Positions 8,349 to 18,727 of a DNA stretch of 64,000 bases are shown one piece after another. The notes beneath the pieces were generated by a model. The model was given only the letters and a program-made list of their open reading frames with translations, did not search any database and was not told where the DNA came from. Location: positions 3,525 to 67,524 of the forward strand of contig JABJHR010000015.1 of assembly GCA_018661705.1 (NCBI GenBank). Reading direction: 5' to 3'. The stretch comes from Candidatus Woesearchaeota archaeon. Lineage in GTDB: Archaea > Nanobdellota > Nanobdellia > Woesearchaeales > DSVV01. A program made the translations under genes and the position numbers. Each line of letters starts with the position of its first letter. The first letter of the stretch is position 1.

Positions 8349-10133
8349 TTAATTTTTAAACAAGACTTCAATCATTGCTGCAAACGCAGGTCTTGTTACA
8401 AACACACCAAATGTTACACCTGCTATTGTTGTTAATGCAAAACCCTTTAACAAACCAGCGCCAGCTGTTAATAATGGTAACATTGCAACGACTGTTGTGA
8501 AATAAGCAGCCATGATAATAAAGAATGCCCTTTTTAATTTTTCTTTCCAATTAAGGTAAAGATCTCCTTTACTTTTTAATGTTTCATCTGTTATAACAAT
8601 CTGATCATCTACACCTGTACCAACAGCAACAATTATAGCTGCAATTGCTGCTAAGTCTAATTGCCAATTTACTAATGTTGCAAAGCCCAAGATTAAGGTG
8701 ACTTCTCCAAGCATTGTTATTAGCATAGGCAGAGCAATTTTTACTTTTTTATATCTCATACTTACTACAAAAATAACAGCTAAGATTGCAAATAAACCAA
8801 CTAATAATGCATTGTTTACAAACTCTTTTCCAAGAGCTGGAGAAACAGTATCGATTTTTTCAATATTAAGTTTAACAGGCAAACTTCCAGTGATTAAAAC
8901 AGTTTGCATACTCTTCATATTTTTTACAGTATCAAGCCTTGCTTCTTGTAATGAGTTACCTGCGCCAGGTCCTGAAATTGCAATGTCTGTTTCTGCTTTT
9001 CCTCTAAGGCCTGCGCCAATTCTTAAACTTTCAACTAATTCATCATCTAAGTAAAGATCAATATTTTTACTTAAGAATTTATCTCCGCCTTCTTCAATGA
9101 TTTCAAGATCTTTAGTTGCTTCTGCTTGTCTTTCTGCTGCTTCTATATCTAATGTTACACCAAATGAGAAACTACATTGATAAACACCATCGCCAATTGG
9201 GCCGCAAGGTCTTCTATGATCAATTGGGAAACTACATTGTGGTGTTCTACATACATTTTTAACATCACTGCCGCCTCTGAAAACAGTTGTATTACCAACT
9301 TTTGCTTCAAACTTACCTTGTCTTCCAATTAAATCTTTTACATCATCTTCATTTGCACCAGCAACTTCTACAATAATATATTTATTGCCAGAAATAAAAT
9401 CTCCAGCTTCTTTAACAACAATATCACTTAAGCCATAAACATTTAACCTTTGTTTTAAGTTCGCAATAATAATTTCCATATCATCTTGTGAAACTTCTAT
9501 TTCTGGTTGTAATAATACTCTTGTTCCACCTTCTAAGTCTAAACCCTTTTTCAAGTTTGTTTGAGGTGCGTCATAAACTGTAAATCCTAAATCTTCAACA
9601 CCAATCACTTCTTCTAATGTTTTTGGGACAGTAATGACTTCTTCAATTTCTTTAGTTACAAGCTCAATACTTCCATTTTCTAATGTTTCATTAACTTCGA
9701 TTGTTTTATTTATTCTTATTTCTTCTGTTTCATTTAATTCTGTTATCTTTATTAATGGTTTTACAATTAATGTGTGTTCTTTCTTTTTCTTGAAGAATGA
9801 ATATGATCGCTTATCTCCATTTTTTTCATAATTACTTAGAGTTTCAAGATTAATAATGTCTCCTTCTTCTAAATTTATAATTGTTTTTTCATAATCTTCT
9901 ACATCATTAATTATTTTTCCATTAATTTTAGTAATAACTTCTCTAAACATTGGCTTATCTTTTGGTTCTGGGTTAAAAATTCCAGCTAAATATGCTGCAC
10001 TATCTTTTTCTACACTTCTAATAGCTACTCCCTTTGCCCATGGATTAGGATGGATTGTAATAATTGCAAATATTAATAATATAATTAGAATAATTACTCT
10101 GCCTTTTTTTATAATCTTTTTAAGGTCGCTCAT
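8349..10133 (-). CDS. secD: Protein-export membrane protein SecD
   Basis: 594 aa. An N-terminal TM is followed by a large extracytoplasmic domain and then a C-terminal six-TM bundle (LVGLFAILAVIFVV...). It overlaps the upstream secF by 4 nt. Confidence 0.75.
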   Translation of the reverse strand: MSDLKKIIKKGRVIILIILLIFAIITIHPNPWAKGVAIRSVEKDSAAYLAGIFNPEPKDKPMFREVITKINGKIINDVEDYEKTIINLEEGDIINLETLSNYEKNGDKRSYSFFKKKKEHTLIVKPLIKITELNETEEIRINKTIEVNETLENGSIELVTKEIEEVITVPKTLEEVIGVEDLGFTVYDAPQTNLKKGLDLEGGTRVLLQPEIEVSQDDMEIIIANLKQRLNVYGLSDIVVKEAGDFISGNKYIIVEVAGANEDDVKDLIGRQGKFEAKVGNTTVFRGGSDVKNVCRTPQCSFPIDHRRPCGPIGDGVYQCSFSFGVTLDIEAAERQAEATKDLEIIEEGGDKFLSKNIDLYLDDELVESLRIGAGLRGKAETDIAISGPGAGNSLQEARLDTVKNMKSMQTVLITGSLPVKLNIEKIDTVSPALGKEFVNNALLVGLFAILAVIFVVSMRYKKVKIALPMLITMLGEVTLILGFATLVNWQLDLAAIAAIIVAVGTGVDDQIVITDETLKSKGDLYLNWKEKLKRAFFIIMAAYFTTVVAMLPLLTAGAGLLKGFALTTIAGVTFGVFVTRPAFAAMIEVLFKN

Positions 10134-11059
10134 TCTGTGCTAACCTCATGTTTTTTTGCTTTTTTCTCTTTGTATTCCATATAAAGTCTTAGAATACCAA
10201 CATTTTGAATCCAAGTATTAAGACTGTCTATTATTAATCCTATTAGAAGAATTGTCATAATTTGAGTAATTACTTCTGATTTTGAAACAATTAATGCAAC
10301 AGTAACAGCTGCTAAAGTTGTTAAATTCATTGTTAAACCAGTTTTAATTGAACTAAATATTCTATCCATATAGTGTCCTTCTTTTCTTTTTAGAACCCTA
10401 ACTGTTAATAGAATGTCTGTATCAACACTGTAACCAATTAATAATAGGAAAGCAACAATTCCTGCAGTGCTTAATTTCATACCCATAATATTAACTATTG
10501 CTAATGTTACTACCATATCACTAAAGGCTGCTAGAATAACCGCAAAACTAGGAACTAATGTTCTAAAATAAATAAATACTACAACGCCCATAAATACAAA
10601 CGCAATTAACAATGCAAACAAAATATCTTTAAAGAAACTTTTTCCTAAACTGGAACCGGTCATTTCAACATTGAATAAATTATGAGCAACATTTGTTTCT
10701 TCTTCAATTGAATCTAAAAATGTATTACTTTCATCTTTGTCTGTTATGTCTGCTTCAATAATCACTGCCATTTGCTTCCCTGCTTCAGTTATTGATTTAA
10801 TATTAATATCTCTTTCAGGATATGAGGCTCTTAATGCGTTTTCTAAAATTTCTTGATCAATGAACTCATCAGTTGGTACAGTAACAACAAGACCACCTTT
10901 CAAAGATACGCCTTTGCTAATAAAATCACCAGTTGTCGCATGCTGAAATCCAAGCTGCATTAAAGCAAGAATTAGTAAAACAATTGGAATTATCAATAGT
11001 TTTTTATAATGCTTAACATAAAACTCTTTTAGCTTGTTTGTTTTGCTATCTTCACTCAT
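10130..11059 (-). CDS. secF: Protein-export membrane protein SecF
   Basis: 309 aa. A TM, a periplasmic loop of about 100 aa, and an SSD-like TM bundle. It is translationally coupled to secD. Confidence 0.7.
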   Translation of the reverse strand: MSEDSKTNKLKEFYVKHYKKLLIIPIVLLILALMQLGFQHATTGDFISKGVSLKGGLVVTVPTDEFIDQEILENALRASYPERDINIKSITEAGKQMAVIIEADITDKDESNTFLDSIEEETNVAHNLFNVEMTGSSLGKSFFKDILFALLIAFVFMGVVVFIYFRTLVPSFAVILAAFSDMVVTLAIVNIMGMKLSTAGIVAFLLLIGYSVDTDILLTVRVLKRKEGHYMDRIFSSIKTGLTMNLTTLAAVTVALIVSKSEVITQIMTILLIGLIIDSLNTWIQNVGILRLYMEYKEKKAKKHEVSTE

Positions 11060-11122
11060 AGCTTAGCAAAAACCTAATTTATTTAAATAGTTTATCATAT
11101 TACAATCATAATAAAGTACAAT

Positions 11123-11914
11123 TTGGGATATAAAATGGCAAAAAAAATACCTCCTTCAAGTGGGGAAAAAACCACTAAAAAGGCAAATTCAGCAGTAAAC
11201 AAAGCAGTTGCTGAGAAAAAACGTAGAAATGTACAAATCAGACTAGTTGGAACATCACATATTGCTAAACAATCTGTTAATGAAGTTAAGGAAAATATAG
11301 CTAAGTTTAAGCCAGATGTTGTAGCAATTGAATTAGATAAACGAAGATTACATGCACTTCTTACAAAAGCTGAATCTAAAACCCCTTTTATGTTAATATT
11401 TAAGATTGGATTTGTAGGTTGGTTATTTGCTAAGATTGGTAGTTGGGGTTCAAAGAAACTTGGAAATACAGTTGGAATGGATCCTGGAGAAGAAATGTTA
11501 ACTGCAGTTAGAGAAGCAAAAAAGAATAATATAAAGATTGCATTGATTGACCAACCAATTGAAATTACATTGGCAAGGTTTTCTAGAAGAATAACATTTA
11601 AGGAGAAAATGAGATTTTTTAAGGATTTAATTAAATCAATATTTTTTCCTAAGAAAGTAATGCGAGAAATGGGTGTAGACATAAAACAAATGGATTTAAC
11701 AAAAGTGCCATCTGCTACATTAATTAAAGGTTTAGTTAAAGTAATGAAAGCAAAGTATCCAAATGCATATTCTGTCTTAGTAGATGAAAGAAATAAAGTA
11801 ATGGCCATGAACTTAATGAGACTAGCAAAGAAACATGATAAGATCCTTGCAATCGTTGGTGCAGGACATTTAGAAGGAATGAAAGAAGATCTGGCAAGGA
11901 TGGCTGGGAAATAA
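11123..11914 (+). CDS. TraB/PrgY-like family protein
   Basis: LVGTSHIAKQS motif and an IVGAGHLEGM C-terminus, typical of the TraB family. Confidence 0.6.
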   Translation: MGYKMAKKIPPSSGEKTTKKANSAVNKAVAEKKRRNVQIRLVGTSHIAKQSVNEVKENIAKFKPDVVAIELDKRRLHALLTKAESKTPFMLIFKIGFVGWLFAKIGSWGSKKLGNTVGMDPGEEMLTAVREAKKNNIKIALIDQPIEITLARFSRRITFKEKMRFFKDLIKSIFFPKKVMREMGVDIKQMDLTKVPSATLIKGLVKVMKAKYPNAYSVLVDERNKVMAMNLMRLAKKHDKILAIVGAGHLEGMKEDLARMAGK

Positions 11915-11976
11915 AAAGGCTATTAAAAATTAGGGTAAAAATAATTAATGGGTAAATTTAATTTAAGAAATAAAAA

Positions 11977-13488
11977 TCAGGGTAAAAACACAGTAAACTT
12001 TGTTCCTTCTCCAATATCTGATTCAACATCAATTACTCCACTATGTAGTTCTATTATTTTCTTTACTATTGCTAGGCCTAAGCCTGTTCCACCTTTTTCT
12101 CTGGTCATGTAATTCTCTGCTTGATAGAATTTATCAAATAAATAAGGAAGTTTACCTTTTTCAATACCTTTTCCTGTGTCTTGAATAGAAAATTCAAAAC
12201 CTTTCTTTTGTTTTTTGGCATTAAAAATTATTTTTCCACTTTTTTCTGTAAATTTAAGAGCATTTGAAAATAAATTAATAATTACTTGCTTAAACAGGTT
12301 TTCATCAATATTAACTATAAGATTTTTTGGAATTTTATTAATAATCTTGATGCCTTTTTTCTTTGCCATTTGGTGATATACTGTTTTATCAACAATCTCA
12401 TGTAGTTTTATTTGGCTCAATTTTAATTTTTGCTTTTTTGCTTCTAACTTTGCTAAACTGAGAATATCATTTATTAGATTATTTAATCTCTCACCTTCAC
12501 TTTTTACTATTATTAATGGTTCTTTCTGTTTTTTTCCTAATTTTCCAAATTCTCCACTTAATAACAAAGAGAGGTAAAGTTTAATATTTGTAAGAGGGGT
12601 TCTTAATTCATGGCTTACAGTGCTGACAAACTCATCTTTTAATTTAGCTAGTTCTTTTTGATGTTCATATTTTTGTTTTGTTTTAGATAATTGTTCTCTT
12701 AATGTTGCTTTATCTACTAGTTTTAGAAATACAACCCTCATGAAAAACAACATTGATAATAATGGAAATGGGTGTTCCATAATAATTAATGCTTGGCTAC
12801 TTCCACCATACATTAAATAGTTCAGGAGGTTAATTATTGGGCTAACTAAGAATAGCATAAAAGCAAAAATAATTGAATTTGCATACCTCCCAGTGATTTT
12901 CCTGTGTTTTTTTGTATTAATAGAAAATATTGGATAAATGAAAACAAGGAATTTTAATGCTTCATAAAAAAAGAAACCAAGGGATTGTCTAAACCCAACA
13001 TGTGTATGGACACTTAACCAGTATAATTGAATTAATGAAGTTATAATTAAAAATCCTATGATTTGAATAAATATGTTTGATTTAAAACCTTCAAGTTTCT
13101 TTTTATGGAGTGGGTATAAAAATGCATTTGCTACTAACAGCAATGCAATTATTTCTAAAGTATTATCTATAATTGGTAAGAAAACTTCTACATTTGGGAC
13201 AGTTATATTGGTAAATGCAATGTATGTAAAAGCAATTGTAATAATTAATCTACTTATCATAAGACTAAAAAATCCAAATATTAAATATTTGAGCTCTTGT
13301 TTCCTTGATTTTCTAAATTCACTAATTAACATATAAGAAATAACAGTGAAAATAATAAATTCTACTAGGCTTTTTAATAATTCTCCATCTGTTGTGCTAA
13401 AAAATAAAGAAATTTTGTTAAATACCTGGATAGTTAATACAAGGAAAATATTCCATACAGATAATAATATTGTTGCTAAATCATTCAT
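11977..13488 (-). CDS. Membrane sensor histidine kinase
   Basis: An N-terminal region of about 270 aa with multiple TM helices. H-box VSHELRTPLT, an N-box, and G-boxes DTGKGI / GGTGLGLAI. Confidence 0.8.
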   Translation of the reverse strand: MNDLATILLSVWNIFLVLTIQVFNKISLFFSTTDGELLKSLVEFIIFTVISYMLISEFRKSRKQELKYLIFGFFSLMISRLIITIAFTYIAFTNITVPNVEVFLPIIDNTLEIIALLLVANAFLYPLHKKKLEGFKSNIFIQIIGFLIITSLIQLYWLSVHTHVGFRQSLGFFFYEALKFLVFIYPIFSINTKKHRKITGRYANSIIFAFMLFLVSPIINLLNYLMYGGSSQALIIMEHPFPLLSMLFFMRVVFLKLVDKATLREQLSKTKQKYEHQKELAKLKDEFVSTVSHELRTPLTNIKLYLSLLLSGEFGKLGKKQKEPLIIVKSEGERLNNLINDILSLAKLEAKKQKLKLSQIKLHEIVDKTVYHQMAKKKGIKIINKIPKNLIVNIDENLFKQVIINLFSNALKFTEKSGKIIFNAKKQKKGFEFSIQDTGKGIEKGKLPYLFDKFYQAENYMTREKGGTGLGLAIVKKIIELHSGVIDVESDIGEGTKFTVFLP

Positions 13489-13894
13489 TTTCTAGGTCTG
13501 GGTTACTGTTATTATTTTTATCACTATTTAAGACCTGGGTTATTACATGCTTTAATTCAACACCTTCAAAAGGTTTCATTATATAATCGTCTGCTCCAAT
13601 ATCCATGCCCATTGCTTCGTCTCTATCTTCGTTTTTAGCTGTAACCATTACTACTTTGGTATTAGCAAGTTCTGGATTTGATTTAATTTTTTTACATACC
13701 TCGTAACCATGAAGTTTTGGAATCATTAAATCAAGAATTACTATGTCTGGCTTTTTCTCTACTACTAGATTGTGGCCAGCTTCCCCATCATGTGCTAAAT
13801 GCACATCATAATCCTTTTCAAGGATCATGGCTTCTGCTTTTGCTATGTTTATATCGTCCTCAACAATCACTATGCTCTTTTTCATGATTAACAC
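13481..13894 (-). CDS. Response regulator, stand-alone receiver domain
   Basis: CheY-like layout: VEDD, phospho-acceptor D in IVILDLMIP, and a conserved T/K (VVMVTAK). It overlaps the histidine kinase start by 8 nt. Confidence 0.8.
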   Translation of the reverse strand: MLIMKKSIVIVEDDINIAKAEAMILEKDYDVHLAHDGEAGHNLVVEKKPDIVILDLMIPKLHGYEVCKKIKSNPELANTKVVMVTAKNEDRDEAMGMDIGADDYIMKPFEGVELKHVITQVLNSDKNNNSNPDLENE

Positions 13895-13995
13895 CTTTTT
13901 GTTTATGATCTTTTTCTATTCTTTTGTGTTTATATATCTTATGGAATAAAGAGATTTGTTTGAATTTTTTTATCTTTTTGTATATGGTGTATACG

Positions 13996-14094
13996 AAAAA
14001 AATAACAACAACCTTGGCACAGACAGACATTTTTTCGCTTTGCTCAAAAATATCCTACTCGGTTTCACCTCGCCTGGCCTTATTGTTATTTCTC
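13996..14094 (-). repeat. Family A GC-rich palindromic intergenic repeat, copy A4 (minus orientation)
   Basis: Reverse complement reads GGCCAGGCGAGGTGAAACCGAGTAGGATATTTTTGAGCAAAGCGAAAAAATGTCTGTCTGTGCC, with A-rich and T-rich inverted flanks. It abuts the stop of the 14086..14874 gene. Confidence 0.55.
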
Positions 14095-14874
14095 TCTAAT
14101 TAAATTTAAAAAATAAACTCTGTTGATTAAATACAACAAATATCCAAACGCAACACTACAGACAATTACAATCTTAGCAAAATTCTGCATAACTAGGATG
14201 TTTTGGCTTGTTTTAAACACAACCCCTGCTACAATGAAGTTAATCAAATAAACTACAATGTAAAATGCAATAAATGCAACTAAAAAGAATATATTAGGCA
14301 TATATGCAAAAGACTTTGATAATGATTTCAAACTAAAGCTAAAACTTTTTTTAATGCTTTTATGCTTGCAAAAACTGTAGTGGACTAAATTAACAAAAGG
14401 ATACAAGAAAAACATTAAAATTAATCCAGCTACTACAAAAATGCTTTGATGGTATTCTTGTTTTATTAAATAAGTAACTATCAATGAAATTGTAAAGTTT
14501 ATTATAATAATTATTAGAAATAATAATATGTTAAGACTCCAAAATTTTTTAAAATCAGACCATTGAAGAGGTTTTTCATTTAGATAACCAAAAACAATGT
14601 TCAGCAATTTTAATTTTGTTAGAGTATAAATAGCAGTCATTATTAATGCGTTGATTAAAACTACTATGGAAAATAAGATAATTGAGCTAAGTTCAAACCT
14701 AGTAAAAACAAAATTAGTCTGGATGCTGAATAACATTATTAATGCAATAAGTACAAGATCAACTAATATCATAAACAATATTTTGCTTGGTTTTGAGAAG
14801 AATAATTTTAATGATTGGAAAATAGTGGACTTATTGATTTTTTCTTTTATTGTAGCAAATTTACTCTTTTTCAT
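14086..14874 (-). CDS. Hypothetical polytopic membrane protein
   Basis: 262 aa with about six hydrophobic helices and no recognised motif. Confidence 0.45.
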   Translation of the reverse strand: MKKSKFATIKEKINKSTIFQSLKLFFSKPSKILFMILVDLVLIALIMLFSIQTNFVFTRFELSSIILFSIVVLINALIMTAIYTLTKLKLLNIVFGYLNEKPLQWSDFKKFWSLNILLFLIIIIINFTISLIVTYLIKQEYHQSIFVVAGLILMFFLYPFVNLVHYSFCKHKSIKKSFSFSLKSLSKSFAYMPNIFFLVAFIAFYIVVYLINFIVAGVVFKTSQNILVMQNFAKIVIVCSVAFGYLLYLINRVYFLNLIREK

Positions 14875-14981
14875 ATGTTCACCCCTTTACACATTTATTC
14901 GTGATAATCTTCTATTATATCTAATAATATAAAAAGGTATTGACAAAATTTATAAGTGATATTGGATAATTTTTATCTAGG

Positions 14982-15257
14982 ATGGAAGAATTATTTACTC
15001 TTGAGCAATGTAAGACAGATCTTAGCTGTAAAGCAAAACTTATTAAAAGGAAAAAGCTTAACTTAGCTAATATTAAAGATAAATTTGATGTTGTTACAGA
15101 TGCTGGGATTGCATTGGTTTTATCCATCAATAAGTTAGAAGTTGTTGTTCATGGTTTTGGAGAAATTGTATTCAAAACAGGGAAAAACATAGAAAAGGTA
15201 AAGTTGAAGAAAATTGCCCAGAAAGTATTTGAATGTGGATTGAATGTAAAGAAATGA
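14982..15257 (+). CDS. Hypothetical small protein
   Basis: 91-aa ORF immediately upstream of cysS and possibly co-transcribed with it. A TATA-like tttataag lies about 30 nt upstream. Confidence 0.3.
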   Translation: MEELFTLEQCKTDLSCKAKLIKRKKLNLANIKDKFDVVTDAGIALVLSINKLEVVVHGFGEIVFKTGKNIEKVKLKKIAQKVFECGLNVKK

Positions 15258-15266
15258 TCTAATAAA

Positions 15267-16664
15267 ATGGCATTAAGATTTTTTAACACATTAACACGAA
15301 AAAAACAAAACTTTAAACCTTTAAAAAAAGGTCAAGTTAGTATTTATAGTTGTGGCCCTACTGTTTATAATTATGCCCATATTGGTAACTACAGGGCTTT
15401 TTTGTCGTCTGATATTCTTAAAAGATATCTCCAATTTAAGAGTTTTAAAGTCAAACATGTAATGAATGTTACTGATGTTGATGATAAAACAATAAGAGAC
15501 TCTAAAAAAGAAGGTAAAAGCCTAAAAGAGTTTACTAAATTTTATACAAAAGCATTTTTAGATGATCTTAACATCTTAAATGTAGAAATTCCAGAATTAA
15601 TGCCTAAAGCAACAGAATGTGTGCCAGATATGATTAAATTAATTCAAACTTTGCTTAAGAAAGGTGTTGCGTATAAAGCAAAGGATGGAATTTACTTTGA
15701 TATCTCTAAACATAAAACTTATGGTAAACTTTCTAAAATTGATCTTACTCAAACAAAGAAAGGTAAAAGAGTAAACAGCGACGAGTATGATAAGACTAAT
15801 CCAAATGATTTTGCGTTATGGAAGTTTTGGGATAAGGAAGATGGTGATGTTTTCTGGGAAGCAGAGTTTGGTAAAGGAAGACCTGGATGGCATATTGAAT
15901 GTAGTGCAATGTCTGAGAAAAATTTAGGTAAAAGCTTTGATATTCATACTGGTGGTGTTGATCTTATTTTTCCTCATCATGAAAATGAAATTGCACAAAG
16001 TGAAGCTGCTTCTGGGAAAGACTTTGTTAAATATTGGTTGCATAATGAATATATTCTTGTAGACGGGAAAAAGATGAGCAAAAGTATGGGGAATTTCTAT
16101 ACTTTAAGGGATTTATTGGATAAAGGTTATTCTGCTAAAGCAATTAGATATTTGCTTATTTCTACTCATTATCGTCAACAATTGAATTTTACACTTGAAG
16201 GTCTAAAAAGTGCTGAAAACACCATTGAAAGAATTAAAGAGTTTGTTGATACACTTAATCGAAAGCTTAAATTAGGTGGGACTAAACATAATAAAGGGAT
16301 TACTAAAATTATTGAAAATATTAACATTGGTTTTGAGGAAGCAATGGATGACGACTTAAATGTATCAGAAGCAGAAGGGTTTTTGTTTGAATTTATCAAG
16401 GAAATGAATAAGATTATGGATACAATTTCTGCAAAAGATGCAAAAACAATACTTGATTTTTTAGGACATCTTGACAAGGTATTGGGGGTAATGGTATTTG
16501 AAGATGAGAAGATCCCTGCAAAAGTAATGACGTTAGCAGAACAAAGACAAAAAGCAAGGGCAGATAAAGATTTTAAGGCTGCTGATAAGTTAAGAGATGA
16601 ACTTAAAGAAAAAGGCTATGAAGTTAAAGATACGAAAGATGGCTTTGTTGTAAAAAAAATCTAA
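15267..16664 (+). CDS. cysS: Cysteine--tRNA ligase
   Basis: Class I HIGH motif (YNYAHIGNYR), KMSKS motif (KMSKSMGN), zinc/Cys ligands (CGPT, HIEC) and a C-terminal DALR-like domain. Confidence 0.9.
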   Translation: MALRFFNTLTRKKQNFKPLKKGQVSIYSCGPTVYNYAHIGNYRAFLSSDILKRYLQFKSFKVKHVMNVTDVDDKTIRDSKKEGKSLKEFTKFYTKAFLDDLNILNVEIPELMPKATECVPDMIKLIQTLLKKGVAYKAKDGIYFDISKHKTYGKLSKIDLTQTKKGKRVNSDEYDKTNPNDFALWKFWDKEDGDVFWEAEFGKGRPGWHIECSAMSEKNLGKSFDIHTGGVDLIFPHHENEIAQSEAASGKDFVKYWLHNEYILVDGKKMSKSMGNFYTLRDLLDKGYSAKAIRYLLISTHYRQQLNFTLEGLKSAENTIERIKEFVDTLNRKLKLGGTKHNKGITKIIENINIGFEEAMDDDLNVSEAEGFLFEFIKEMNKIMDTISAKDAKTILDFLGHLDKVLGVMVFEDEKIPAKVMTLAEQRQKARADKDFKAADKLRDELKEKGYEVKDTKDGFVVKKI

Positions 16665-16807
16665 TTTTTGTTTTATTCTTGTATTTGTTATTACTGTTGT
16701 TCTAATTTTTTTATGTTTATATTTATTAAAAAACATTAAACTATCGCAAAATTCACGACGAGAAATAAAAAGTAAAAAAAAATAAAAAAACAAGTTAAAG
16801 TAAGTTA

Positions 16808-17023
16808 TTATCTTTTCTTTTTCTTAACAACTTTCTTTTTAGCTTTTTTCTTAACGACTTTTTTCTTTTTCACAACTTTCTTCTTAGCTTTCTTTTTCTT
16901 GCCGCCTCGATTCATTGCTACCATAGAAATGTCTCCCTTCTTATCAACGAAGTAAAGATAGCCGCCTTTTTTCTTAATTCCAACTTTTGCTACTTTTATA
17001 ACTTTTGCCATTTTGTATTTCAC
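16808..17023 (-). CDS. Small lysine-rich basic protein (possible nucleic-acid-binding protein)
   Basis: 71 aa. An N-terminal beta-rich segment of about 35 aa (KVGIKKKGGYLYFVDKKGDI) followed by a (K)n/VVKKKK repeat tail. Confidence 0.4.
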   Translation of the reverse strand: MKYKMAKVIKVAKVGIKKKGGYLYFVDKKGDISMVAMNRGGKKKKAKKKVVKKKKVVKKKAKKKVVKKKKR

Positions 17024-17039
17024 CCCTCTAGGTTTTTAA

Positions 17040-17350
17040 GATTTCTTACGGGTTGCTAGTATTTAAATCTTTTGTTTTTTGACGAGGAGGAATTCGGGTA
17101 GTTTGCTAATAATAGTAATTATTCTTTTAATTAATGGGCATATGTCTTTTAAATTTGCTTCTAATCTATGCTTAGGTTTCTTTTAGAATTTTCTTATTGG
17201 GTATGAAAATGATTGACCCCAGCACCGAAGTACTGGAGCCAGAAAACAATGTGCCCGCTGTTTGTTCCAGCTAAAGACTTTGTTGGGGGTGTCTAGACAT
17301 TAGACGGAGAGTCTTTAGCTTTATGAACTTACAGTTTTCGCACATAAGTA
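17040..17350. other. Structured intergenic region (possible leader or ncRNA)
   Basis: Locally GC-enriched. It contains nested hairpins, for example CTAAAGACT...(GTCTAgacatTAGAC)...AGTCTTTAG and CCAGcaccgaagtaCTGG. Confidence 0.25.
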
Positions 17351-17354
17351 TGAT

Positions 17355-17648
17355 TTATGGTATTCCTCTAATCTCAATATGGTGATCTGCAATCACATTT
17401 TGCGTTGTATAATCTAAATTCCATACTTTGAAAAATTGTTTTACTTCTTCTTCGTATGTATATGGTACTAATAACACGCCTTTTCCAATATGTTTTATTT
17501 TTGCTCTCTTTACAATGCCTGATTTTCCATCTCGGCCTTTGAGGGCATAATAATATCTTACTTTATCTTTTTTTTGTAGGTGTTTTGTTGAAAAAGTACA
17601 AAGCACCATTCTTTTTCCATCTTTGATAAAGTTTTCATAATCTTGCAT
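17355..17648 (-). CDS. Hypothetical protein
   Basis: 97-aa ORF with no recognised motif. A palindromic operator-like site lies immediately upstream. Confidence 0.4.
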   Translation of the reverse strand: MQDYENFIKDGKRMVLCTFSTKHLQKKDKVRYYYALKGRDGKSGIVKRAKIKHIGKGVLLVPYTYEEEVKQFFKVWNLDYTTQNVIADHHIEIRGIP

Positions 17649-17741
17649 GTTAACTACTTTAACATTACTTATATATAAATCTTCTTATGTTAATTAAGTT
17701 AACATTAATTAGATTAAATAATTTTAATAAAGTTAACATCC
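17646..17741. promoter_or_regulatory. Repeated ATGTTAAC half-sites including a 19-bp near-perfect palindrome (candidate operator)
   Basis: The site atgttaac appears at 17646. The palindrome ATGTTAATTAAGTTAACAT starts at about 17687. A third site, aagttaacat, lies near 17731. All sit between divergently oriented genes. Confidence 0.3.
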
Positions 17742-18021
17742 CCCTCTTTTTCCCGTGCTTTTGTTAATCTATATAACACAATATTGTATCTACTATTTAA
17801 ACTTTTTTATTTTTTAATATTTTTTTCTAAATTATTTGTTACTTTATTAACTTTAATACTTTTTTTAACTTTTTTTGTTAATTAATATAACTTATTTATT
17901 TACTTTTCTATGAAACTTAATTAACGGGAATTAATAAATAATTATTCTTTGTTAGTTTAATTAACTTTTATGCTTTCTGGTAAAAAAACATATAAATCAT
18001 AGTATCTATTGTGTTAATCAT

Positions 18022-18705
18022 ATGGTTTATGACGACACAACAATAATTATTCCAACTTTTAACGAGGAAAAAAATATTGGGAAATTATTGAAGAAACTTA
18101 AACAAATTCTTCCTAAAGCAAAGATTATTGTTAGTGATGATGGGTCTAGAGATAGAACTCAGGAAATTGCAGTAGAAAAAGGAGCAATATTGCTAGACAG
18201 AAAAAGAAAACCAGTACATGGTTTAACAGTTAGTGTGTTAGATGCAATAATTAAATGTAAAACTGATTTTTTTGTTGTAATAGATGCAGATTTTCAACAC
18301 CCTCCTGAGAAAATTTTAGAAGTGGTTGGTAAACTAAGATCTGGTAAGGATTTAATAATTGGTAATAGAGTTAAAATTCAGGGTGAATGGGGTTTTTTAA
18401 GACTTTTAATCTCAAGGACTGCGTTTTACATGGGATATCTTCGTTTGATTTTCAAGAAATTTCCTAAATATGATCTTGTAAGTGGTTTTTTTGGAGGAAA
18501 AACTAAACTTGCCAAGGAAATTGCTCTCCATAACCAGAAAAAGTTTGAATTAAGAGGCTATAAAGTATTATTTGACCTTCTTAAGTATATGCCAAACACA
18601 ACAAAAGTAGATAAAGTTGATTATGAATTTGGTTTAAGAACAAAAGGTGATTCAAAACTTAGCAAGAAGATTATGTTTTATTATTTTAGGTCTATGTTTA
18701 AGTAA
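18022..18705 (+). CDS. GT2 family glycosyltransferase (dolichyl-phosphate sugar synthase-like)
   Basis: N-terminal IIIPTFNEEKNI, a DDGSRD motif and a DXD-like VIDADFQH, typical of the GT-A fold DPM/DPG synthase-like proteins. Confidence 0.7.
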   Translation: MVYDDTTIIIPTFNEEKNIGKLLKKLKQILPKAKIIVSDDGSRDRTQEIAVEKGAILLDRKRKPVHGLTVSVLDAIIKCKTDFFVVIDADFQHPPEKILEVVGKLRSGKDLIIGNRVKIQGEWGFLRLLISRTAFYMGYLRLIFKKFPKYDLVSGFFGGKTKLAKEIALHNQKKFELRGYKVLFDLLKYMPNTTKVDKVDYEFGLRTKGDSKLSKKIMFYYFRSMFK

Positions 18706-18727
18706 AAAAATTTAAGTAAATAATTCT

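Noticed and set aside
11095-11808. 237-aa minus-strand ORF fully overlapping the TraB-like gene
   Set aside because: The plus-strand product has clear family motifs (VGTSHIA). The minus-strand ORF is low-complexity and I/F/L-rich, typical of an antisense reading of an AT-rich gene.
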